Positions 1 to 9,200 of a DNA stretch of 64,000 nucleotides are shown here, in pieces. Made by a program: the position numbers and the translations under genes. Each line of letters begins with the position of its first letter. Position 1 is the stretch's first letter. The notes below the pieces were generated by a model that was given only the letters and a program-made list of their open reading frames with translations, was not told the DNA's origin and searched no databases. Source of the DNA: Chlamydiota bacterium (lineage in GTDB: Bacteria > Chlamydiota > Chlamydiia > Chlamydiales > Rhabdochlamydiaceae); assembly GCA_039798725.1 (NCBI GenBank), contig JBDKFJ010000006.1, positions 11,472-75,471 of the forward strand. The letters run 5' to 3'.

Positions 1-858
<858 letters not shown>

Positions 859-860
859 TT

Positions 861-3323
861 ATGATCGACCACTACACAGTCATAAAAAGTTTAAACAAGG
901 GTGGCATGGGCGAGATATTCCTTGTCCATGATCCCATCTGCAAAAGGCAGGTGGCCCTAAAACAGATCCTTCCAAAGCTCAGAAACCACCCCGTTATCCG
1001 CTCTCGGTTTCTTAGAGAAGCAGAAGTCGGAGCCCTACTTAACCACCCTAGCATTCTTCCCGTCTTTTCCATCGATCCTAGCCATGAAAAGCTCTACTAT
1101 ACAATGCCCTACATCGAAGGGGAAACATTAAAACAAATCCTAAAAAGATGTCTAGAGGAAGAAAAAGAAACCAATGTACTACTCCCCTTATTCCTGAAAT
1201 TATGCGAGGCGGTTGAATACGCTCATGCAAAAAAAATTATACATAGAGATATCAAACCGGACAATATTCTTGTAGGGCACCATGGAGAAGTCCTCCTTTT
1301 TGACTGGGGCTTATCCGATTTTGAAGGAAGCTCTACACAGGAAATAGAAGTAGAAGAGAGCAAAGAAGATCTGACATCTCCTGGCAAAGTCCCAGGAACC
1401 TTAAACTATATTGCTCCAGAACGTCTGCAAGGAGCTCAGACTAGCGCTTCAATGGATATCTATTCCCTTGGCGTTATCTTATACCAAATCCTAACGCTAC
1501 GCTCTCCCTTCCAGAGAAAATCTCTAAAATTATTCAAACAGTGTAAAGAGGAACTACTGATTCCTCCCATAGAAAGAGCTCCCCACCGCTCCATTCCGGA
1601 ATCTCTAAACGCACTATGTATCAGGTGTTTGCATCCAGATCCTAAGGAAAGGATCGGAAGTGTAAAAGAGATGATAGACACCCTCTTTCCTGTTCTAAAC
1701 GGGCTACCCCAACCTGTAAAAATCACTCATCTTAACCCTTTTTCCTCCCAAGACTGGGAGTTTCAAGAGCATATCTTTCTCTCTCAGCATCTAGCTATTA
1801 CAAAGTCGCCGCAAGTGGCAGAGTGGGCACACCTCATGGTCTCTTTGCACCATTTCATACCTCCTCTTAACATCACCTTAAAATTTTCTTTGCCCCAAGA
1901 TTCTCAAGGGATCGCTCTACTCCTAGGAGTTCCCTCTTTAGAAGAGAGAAAAAGTTTTGTCGAAGGCGTGCAGATTTTTCTTGGAAAAACTTCGTTGCTT
2001 CTTTTGCACGGGGCTCCTCTAATGCTGCTCCCAGGAGCTAACATTACAGATACTGCCTTTCACACTCTTACAATTGAGTACAAAGATCACAAAATTCACG
2101 TGTCATTAGATGGAAAACAGGTAGGACTCTATCCGTTACGACTGCCACTTCCGGGACAAAAAATAGGTTTTTTTTCGTATGACTCACACTTTGCCATAGA
2201 GACATTTGTGATCGAAGAGAAGGGACACACATTAAATGTCAGCTGCCTTGAAATCCCGCACGCTTTTTTAAGTCATCGCGACTTTAAAAAGGGAAGAATT
2301 GAATATGAAAGAATTGCCAGCAGCTTTCCTGGAACTCTTCAAGAAAAAGAAGCCCTATTTGGCGCTGGGATCTGTCTTATAGAAGAGAGGCAACCTCTAC
2401 TTGCTTTAGAGATGTTCGATCGATTGCATAATACCTCTTATGCCCCTTTGGAATATGTGGGAAAATCGCTTGTCTATAAACAAGAAGATATAGAAGAAGA
2501 GATGAAATGTTTAGAGCTAGCGTTACGCAAATACAAAAACCACCCCCTCATTCATACTGTACAAGAGCAGCTCATCTTACGCCTTTATGAAACCTCGTTT
2601 TCCTCTAGACGTTATGCTTATGAATTTGCACTCATTGCCCTCATGCATATCCCCTGCGCCATCCAAGATGTGCTATTTAGCCAATTAAACGAACACCTAG
2701 CTTCCCATCCACTGCTGACAGCTAAAGTCCCGGCAGATCAAGCCCTAGCCTGTAAATGCGCCCTTTACACAGGAAAAATCCACCCTCTCCTTGAACTCTC
2801 AGAAAGCGGAGCAAAAGAGATTCGCATCGATGCTTGCTATGCATTACTTCTGTTGGGAACATATGAAGAGGTCGAAGAAAACCTGCCTCTTCTTGAAGCT
2901 GGAAAAGAGGAAATCCTATCTGCCTTGTCTTACTTTAAAGAAGGACCGAAGGCGGCCTTTACAAAGGCGGGAGAAAATATCCGTCTCCTGTATTTCCTTC
3001 TTCAACGATGCCTCATGGATAGCGTTTATGAAATCCCTCCGCTTCCCAAAGATCCTCTTCTAGATTCCCTGCTTTTCTTTATGTTAAGACGGCAGGGTAA
3101 ATCATATCCCATTCCTGAAACAAAAGACCCTGCATCCCCTCTTTTTATTCCGTACGCTTATCAGCTATTGGACACTCAAGGAAAAGAGGCGATGCAAGCG
3201 CACCTTGCTTTGGCGCCTGCCTTCTCCATCGCCTCCCTTCTACTTGACTCGATGCAATCTTCTCAAAGAGAAAAAGAGTGGCTACTCTTCGAAAAAACCC
3301 TCGTTGGACTTTATACAGAATAG
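861..3323 (+). CDS. Hanks-type Ser/Thr protein kinase with a long non-kinase C-terminal region
   Basis: 820-aa ORF. Kinase motifs occur in the expected order: NKGGMGEIF (Gly loop), VALKQI (Lys), HRDIKPDNILV (catalytic loop), DWG (DFG variant), GTLNYIAPE (APE). Residues ~290-820 are non-kinase: a beta-rich stretch (HTLTIEYKDHKIHVSLDGKQVGLY...IGFFSYDSHFAIETFVIEE) followed by helical TPR-like sequence. No TM helix seen. Confidence 0.85.
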   Translation: MIDHYTVIKSLNKGGMGEIFLVHDPICKRQVALKQILPKLRNHPVIRSRFLREAEVGALLNHPSILPVFSIDPSHEKLYYTMPYIEGETLKQILKRCLEEEKETNVLLPLFLKLCEAVEYAHAKKIIHRDIKPDNILVGHHGEVLLFDWGLSDFEGSSTQEIEVEESKEDLTSPGKVPGTLNYIAPERLQGAQTSASMDIYSLGVILYQILTLRSPFQRKSLKLFKQCKEELLIPPIERAPHRSIPESLNALCIRCLHPDPKERIGSVKEMIDTLFPVLNGLPQPVKITHLNPFSSQDWEFQEHIFLSQHLAITKSPQVAEWAHLMVSLHHFIPPLNITLKFSLPQDSQGIALLLGVPSLEERKSFVEGVQIFLGKTSLLLLHGAPLMLLPGANITDTAFHTLTIEYKDHKIHVSLDGKQVGLYPLRLPLPGQKIGFFSYDSHFAIETFVIEEKGHTLNVSCLEIPHAFLSHRDFKKGRIEYERIASSFPGTLQEKEALFGAGICLIEERQPLLALEMFDRLHNTSYAPLEYVGKSLVYKQEDIEEEMKCLELALRKYKNHPLIHTVQEQLILRLYETSFSSRRYAYEFALIALMHIPCAIQDVLFSQLNEHLASHPLLTAKVPADQALACKCALYTGKIHPLLELSESGAKEIRIDACYALLLLGTYEEVEENLPLLEAGKEEILSALSYFKEGPKAAFTKAGENIRLLYFLLQRCLMDSVYEIPPLPKDPLLDSLLFFMLRRQGKSYPIPETKDPASPLFIPYAYQLLDTQGKEAMQAHLALAPAFSIASLLLDSMQSSQREKEWLLFEKTLVGLYTE

Positions 3324-3411
3324 ATCTGCTTTGCAGTGAAAAAATAGTAGCGCAAAGACGGCCTCCTATAGGTATAGTGGATCCCAATGCCTCATTGCGC
3401 AAGCGGTCTAA

Positions 3412-3706
3412 TAAGCGCTTCAAACGGCGTTGTTGCATAAATATGTAGTTTTACCACAGAGATGGGAAACCACAGAGAAAAAATTCATATTTTAAATCGA
3501 CGCATGCCATCCTTGAGGGTTTTCATGTTGAAATGGATCAAAAGCCCTATTTTGCAATCACAACTTCAAATAAGAAAGCAGCTGTATGGCAGAACTTGGA
3601 ATACCTGAAAGCTACAAAAGAACCATTTAAAAATTTCCTCTCTGTGGTTTCCCATCTCTGTGGTAAAATTCAAACATTTGTGCAACAAAGCCGTTTCAAA
3701 CAGCTT
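3412..3706. repeat. ~295-bp foldback (MITE-like) element: ~72-bp imperfect terminal inverted repeats around a ~146-bp centre
   Basis: 3449-3477 (ttttaccacagagatgggaaaccacagag) is the exact reverse complement of 3640-3668 (ctctgtggtttcccatctctgtggtaaaa). Complementarity continues outward imperfectly (…tgcaacaa[a/c]gccgttt[c/g]aa…) to about 3412 and 3706. Confidence 0.6.
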
Positions 3707-3748
3707 CTCTCTTGCTTGATTCGATGAAACCCTCTAAAAGAAAAAGAT

Positions 3749-4288
3749 ATGAAACATAAGATTACAAAAAGCGATACGGTTTATCAGGGTTATTTCGATG
3801 TCAAAGTAGACCTTCTTCAATCTGTTGATGGTCCCTCAATGATCTATACTAGCATTGATATCAAGGTGCATGCAGCGGCTATCTTAGCCAGAACACCTGA
3901 CGGCAAATTCTTAATCACCAAAGAGTACAGGCATCCGACCAGACAATGGATACTCGGCTGCCCCGGCGGTCGGATCGATCCCGGTGAATCTCCCGCAGAG
4001 GCTGCTGTAAGAGAGCTTAAAGAAGAAACAGGATTTGTAGGCTCTCATCTTATTCCTCTTGGCCAGGTATTTTCTTTACCGGCTGTCACCGATCAAATCA
4101 TTCACTATTTTTTTATTGATGAAGCAACGCCTACACACAAAACAGCCCATGAGCCGTTTGAAGCCATCCAAATCGATTTGAAAACAGAAGAAGAACTCAT
4201 CCAAGAAATCTTGTCGGGAACTGCAATTGATGGAGTGCTTTGCTCTGCTTTTTTTCTCTATAAGAGTAATACCAAACACAATAAATAA
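3749..4288 (+). CDS. NUDIX hydrolase (ADP-ribose pyrophosphatase-like)
   Basis: Nudix box GGRIDPGESPAEAAVRELKEETGF fits GX5EX7REUXEEXGU. 179 aa. The last codons and stop (…NTKHNK*) lie inside the palindromic repeat at 4267-4348. Confidence 0.85.
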   Translation: MKHKITKSDTVYQGYFDVKVDLLQSVDGPSMIYTSIDIKVHAAAILARTPDGKFLITKEYRHPTRQWILGCPGGRIDPGESPAEAAVRELKEETGFVGSHLIPLGQVFSLPAVTDQIIHYFFIDEATPTHKTAHEPFEAIQIDLKTEEELIQEILSGTAIDGVLCSAFFLYKSNTKHNK

Positions 4289-4348
4289 CTTCATATTTCA
4301 GCTGTGTCAAAGCGGTAAAATATGACGTTATTTGTTGCGTTTGATATT
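4267..4348. repeat. palindromic MITE-like element, short copy (31-bp arms, 19-nt loop)
   Basis: Left arm is taataccaaacacaataaataacttcatattt. The reverse complement of the right arm is aatatcaaacgcaacaaataacgtcatattt (4 mismatches in 31). The arms match those of the longer copy at 22208-22385. It lies between the convergent nudix gene and the 577-aa ORF, so it could act as a bidirectional terminator hairpin. Confidence 0.7.
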
Positions 4349-4468
4349 GATATGCAGGTATCTCTGACAAATGACGGCTATTAGGGACAAAAACACAATC
4401 AAAAATCATCTCAAATTCTCTATACAGAAAACCCAAAACTCAGGCTGTTAGTGATATAAAAGAGCAGG

Positions 4469-6202
4469 CTATCTCGCTGAAGAAAGCAAATTCTCAAACC
4501 CGGTTTTCAGATCCGCCTTATCTTCTTCTTTAAGTGCTGTTATCTGATCCACAACCTGACTGTATAATGCTTTAATCGTCGTAGATAGCTCTGTGCTGAA
4601 ATTCCCTCTGTTTTGTTTTAATCGGGCCCCTAAGCTACTCAACTGCTTGAGGAATAACATGAGGTGATTACTAATTAGAGGTGTTGCTAACTGATCCCTG
4701 ATAGTCTCTATTGCTTCTCTTATTTCTTCTTTCTGAAGCACTTCACGAGCCTTGGTTTCCGCCAATACAACAGCTTGTATTATTTCTACCCTTTCTGTCT
4801 GGTCAACCAATGCACGAGCCTCTTTTTCTACCGACATAAAAGCTTCTCTTTCTTCTTCGAGCCGCTTGTTAAGCATAACCTTTTCTGCGCAGTCAAGCTC
4901 TCGTATTATCCGCACCCGATCTGTCACTTCTTCTTTCCAAACCGCTGCACGAGCCCCTTTTTCAGCCGACATACAAGATTCTAGTGCTTGTTTTATTACT
5001 TCTGCACGAGCCTCTTTTTCCACCGACATAAACTCTGCTCTTGCTGCGATTGCTTCTTGGTCAACTACTGCACGAGCCGAGCTTTCTGCCGACCAATAAG
5101 CGTTTGTTATTGCTGCCATTGCTTCTTTATCAACTACTTCACGAGCCTTGGTTTCCGCCAATACAACAGCTTGTATTCTTTCTACCCTTTCTGTCTGGTC
5201 AACCAATGCACGAGCCTCTTTTTCTACCGACATAAAAGCTTCTCTTTCTTCTTCGAGCCGCTTGTTAAGCATAACCTTTTCTGCGTGGTGAAGATCTTGT
5301 ATTATCTTGATCAGATCTGACTCTTCTTCTTTCGAAAGCGCTGCACAAGCCTCGTTTTCTGCCAACATACAAGATTCTAGTGCTTGTTTTATTACTTCTG
5401 CACAAGCCTCTTTTTCCACCGACATAAACTCTGCTCCTGCTGCCATTGCTTCTTGGTCAACTACTGCACGAGCCAAGCTTTCTGTCGACACAAGTGCTTG
5501 GGACATAATATCTTTTATACTGGATGCTTCTGCTTTATGGAGGCCTTCACGAGCCGAGCTTTCTGCCGACATAACAGCTGCTGTTGCTTTTCTTGCTTGT
5601 GCGGCCAACATGGCCGGTTTCAGTATTGACCTCCCGCATATACAAACAACAGCTAGACCTATTGGATATAACAAAGAAGGTAAAAACCACGGTAAGGCAG
5701 ACTCTTGAGGTGTACTCCTATTAGACACGATAGGAGAGACGTCGGGCATAGCATTGACATAGGAATAAGCGAATAAAGAAGCTCCTACCAGGGTACCAAT
5801 GAGACACAAAGGCTTGATTATGGATGTCATTGAATAGGGTTTTAGTCCGTTAAAGACATCCTTTTGAACTTGAGAAGAACAACCCTGCAAATAGGGCTTG
5901 AGGTAGACTTTCATAAGCTCTTCGGGAGACACGCTATTCTGCGGGATGACTTCTTGGCACCTTTGTGCAAACACCTCCCTAAATGCTTCCAGAGATTCTT
6001 TTTTGCTGACATGAGAACCCGCTTTACTATAGGTAGCAATTAGGCAGACCGCCTTCTCTCTAAGTAGAAGAGATGAATGAGGAGCGCAAAGACCGATAGA
6101 CTGCAACATTTTGAGGACAAAGCGTACAAGCAAGTAGTCCGCATAGCCTTGTATTCGACTTAGCTCCATGTGCGCTTTGCTGATTCCCTTTACTTGTGTC
6201 AT
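4469..6202 (-). CDS. two-TM, coiled-coil, repeat-containing protein (Inc-like topology); function unknown
   Basis: 577-aa ORF whose ATG overlaps the stop of the giant ORF (ATGA at 6199-6202). Two hydrophobic helices at codons ~127-148 and ~170-190 (nt ~5633-5824). About 350 aa of Ala/Glu/Lys-rich heptad-like sequence follows, with an internal 132-aa duplication. Confidence 0.75.
   Translation of the reverse strand: MTQVKGISKAHMELSRIQGYADYLLVRFVLKMLQSIGLCAPHSSLLLREKAVCLIATYSKAGSHVSKKESLEAFREVFAQRCQEVIPQNSVSPEELMKVYLKPYLQGCSSQVQKDVFNGLKPYSMTSIIKPLCLIGTLVGASLFAYSYVNAMPDVSPIVSNRSTPQESALPWFLPSLLYPIGLAVVCICGRSILKPAMLAAQARKATAAVMSAESSAREGLHKAEASSIKDIMSQALVSTESLARAVVDQEAMAAGAEFMSVEKEACAEVIKQALESCMLAENEACAALSKEEESDLIKIIQDLHHAEKVMLNKRLEEEREAFMSVEKEARALVDQTERVERIQAVVLAETKAREVVDKEAMAAITNAYWSAESSARAVVDQEAIAARAEFMSVEKEARAEVIKQALESCMSAEKGARAAVWKEEVTDRVRIIRELDCAEKVMLNKRLEEEREAFMSVEKEARALVDQTERVEIIQAVVLAETKAREVLQKEEIREAIETIRDQLATPLISNHLMLFLKQLSSLGARLKQNRGNFSTELSTTIKALYSQVVDQITALKEEDKADLKTGFENLLSSAR
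4741..5489. repeat. in-frame tandem duplication, period 396 bp (1.9 copies), with nested sub-repeats
   Basis: The string cttcacgagccttggtttccgccaatacaacagc starts at 4741 and again at 5137. Similarity runs on to ~5489. One 50-aa block is identical in both copies (AEKVMLNKRLEEEREAFMSVEKEARALVDQTERVE.IQAVVLAETKAREV). The motif gcac[g/a]agcc recurs about 11 times, roughly every 60-70 bp. Confidence 0.9.
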
Positions 6203-9200
6203 ACAATCCCCTCTAAAGCATCTTTCATCCCTTGATGCGTAGCCATAAGAACCTGTCTCATCATTTCACAGCGTCTTTCGAGACCTCGGCGTTCTTTCTC
6301 CTCTTCAGGATTGATTGCCAGGCACACAGAGATCTCGGCTATTTTCTGTTTGTGGTCTCTATGCAATGCTTCTAATGCAGCCTGAAGCTCTTTCCTCTTT
6401 CGAGTTTCGCTAATCGTTACCTCTTCCAATGTCTTTGGAGTACCCTGTTTTAACGCCATAAGCCAGGGACGCCTTCGCATTGCATCTTGCTGCGCTTGTT
6501 GCGAAGATTGAGGCTTCCCATTTTGATTCAGTCTAAAACGACATCCCACTAACTTAGCTAAACGTTGGAATAGGTCATGCTCATCTTCAGGAAGGAAATA
6601 GGCAAAAGCTTCTAGGTGCTTTGGATGTTGTTCTAGCCATGCAAAATTACCTGAGATTAGTTGCGCTACGACACACGCCGTATTAACCTGTCTTCCTATA
6701 GGAGACAAATGGTCTTCCCCCCACCCAATGACTTTTCCCGTATAAGAAGAAACAAGTTGCGCGCCCTCAACAGGCTGACGTTTAAACAGGGTATTGAGCA
6801 CATCGGCTTGGCCTTTGGAGACAAATACAGTGACAAATCGTTCAGGCGCCCTGATGACCAACATGGCATGGACAAGATGATGGTATTTGTGGAAAACAGA
6901 TACCGTACAACCCTCGTATCTGTGCCAGCCGGAAGTTGCAAAAAGATCATCTACAGGCAGAGCTTTGGCATACTTTTCTCCTAATACCTCTTGTAAAGAA
7001 ACCACGCTATCCGGGGTCTTGTGTCTTTCAGATTGAAAAAGTGGTCCTGTAACTTCAGCGCCTTGACTAATCCGTTCAATCCACGCTAGCCACTGCTCGG
7101 GTGTAGGCTGCTCTAGCTCCGCTTTATCCCCTGGTTTTTGAAGCGCCTTCCACTCTGCTTCTATATCAGCCAGTCCGGGATCCTCAATACTTTGATCTGT
7201 TTTTGTATCCGTTTTAGTATTTGTCTGCACCTGTACCTGTACTTGAACTTCGGTGCCAAGTGCAATGCCACCTTCTGTTCCGCGGATCATTGCAGGAAGA
7301 CAAGGATTTACATTTACCGCAGCTATTAGAACTTCTTGTTCTTCTAGAGAAAGTTGCGCTGCAGCCTTTATCTCCTCTATTAATACCTCTTTCGTATTGC
7401 GGTCTCTTGGAATCTCTTTGAATAGCTTGTAGGGGGTGTCGTGTAGAGTTGTGATGAAAGGTACCATGTCTCCCACCTTGCCCGAATCCAACAACTGGTT
7501 GAACGTCTGACGCGTCTTGGCAGTCTCTAGAGCGGCTCTTAAAGCTCGCACTTCCCCTTCACCTAGCTGGCGCGCTTCAGCTATAACAGTAGAGGTGATC
7601 AGATCTTTTACCGAAGATCCATTGTTAATAAGGTGTTCTCGGGTAGACTCATGGACAACAAACTCCACTCTTTGTTTTTGGAAAAAGCCCCTTGCACGCA
7701 TTACCGCTTGGAACAGTGTGCGCTTTAAGGTGTTGTGGCTAGCTGTGACAAGAAGCACTGCATCCGAAAGGTTCGGGATATCGGTACCGGTAGCGCGTTG
7801 CTCATCATAGAAATTAAACAGATATTTGAGGTCAAGACCTGCTGCCTTCAGCGTATCTAACGTGGTGTCTTTTAAACGCACAACCGTTCCGTCTTTCTTA
7901 AGCACGGCCGGGCTCTCATCGATATCTCCCTCAAAACGGTGGAAAAATAGGACGTCTTTGGAAAAGTCGTAATAGCGAGAGATCTGCTTTACCACATCCA
8001 GGGTCGTATAGTTTTTAAAAAGACCTGCAGCATCAATGATCCCTGTGACAAGATCTTTCTTAGGATGGCGCTCAAGAATAGAGCGGAGAATCTCATCTGC
8101 CCCATCTGTTTTCACTACATGGATAGGTGTGTCATCCTTGATCAGCTTATCGGCGATACTGCCTTCTACCCCGCTATCCAGCATCATTTCTTTATTGATA
8201 CGAGCATAGTGCGTTACATTCCAAGGCGTTCCTGACATTGCAACGACAGGCCCCAGTAGATCGATGAGATGGTGAGCATTACTTCTGAGCTGCTCAGGAT
8301 AGAACGTGACATATTTGCCAACCGTATGCGCTTCGATAGACAACCTGGATAGGGGATTGTTTTTGATGTACTCTAAAGCGTTTTTTCTAGCATCTGCAAT
8401 AGATAAACGCCGTCTGTCAGGATGTGCTAGCAGAGCTAGTTTCTGTCCTGTTAACTCTTTACACTTTCTTGCAGCCTGTGTGCTACCCGATAGGCCCTCG
8501 CTTTCTTCATGCTCGCACTTGTCTTCTTGTGCAAGATGCTCAATCCAAAGGTCGAATTGCTCTTCTGTGATACCATACTTTAGTGCATTAAGATAGTGGA
8601 AGACTGCTGCTTCATAAGGGTTAGCATACTGCGTTGTCCCAGGACAACCGGCACCGACATAAGGGACAATACGAGGGTCTTGCACCCGTCTACCAAAATG
8701 GCGGTTAGCTTCTTTTGTAAGAGCGCTAGGCAGAATATCCTGCAAGATATAGCGCGTCAGGGCAATCCTGTTTTGATGTTTGCTATCAGCTAGGTCGTCT
8801 AACTGCAAAAGAAGTGCTTTTTCATCTGCCTCGGTTATTTCACCTGAAAAGTACTTTTCAAGAGCCCCTTTTAGATGGGGTAAGCCCATTTTATCTGCAA
8901 AAAACTGAGCCATCTGGGGCTGTAGCACTTTTTCATAAAAGGAAGTGGTGATGACGCACCCCGCTGAGAAATACGGATTAAAGTCAGGATGCCCTATACA
9001 TTGAATAAACAGCTCTTGCATGATCTCAATGCTGTCTTGGCTAAGAGGGGTCGCCTCTCCTATGGGTACGTTGACTTCTTGTTCGATTTTGAGTGTGCTA
9101 TCGCACTCATCGATAATAACGCGCGCTTCTTTAATTTTATTTAGAATACGCTTTAGAACCTGAAACTCTTCTCTCTCCTGCCCTTCGATGGCCAGCAAGC

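Noticed and set aside
3533-3727. 64-aa track ORF inside the foldback element
   Set aside because: It runs from the element centre through the right inverted-repeat arm. It has no RBS and I recognise no motif in it.
4741-5489. Regular repeats here and at 37379-37879 as CRISPR arrays
   Set aside because: Both are in-frame protein-coding tandem repeats of 396-bp and 66-bp units. They have no unique spacers and no cas genes nearby.
4752-5708. Five + strand track ORFs inside the 577-aa gene (for example 4752-5099 and 5307-5708)
   Set aside because: They are mirror-image artefacts of the tandem coiled-coil repeats. Their sequences are Ser/Ala- or Phe/Cys-rich low complexity, and the - strand frame is continuous and coupled to the giant ORF.
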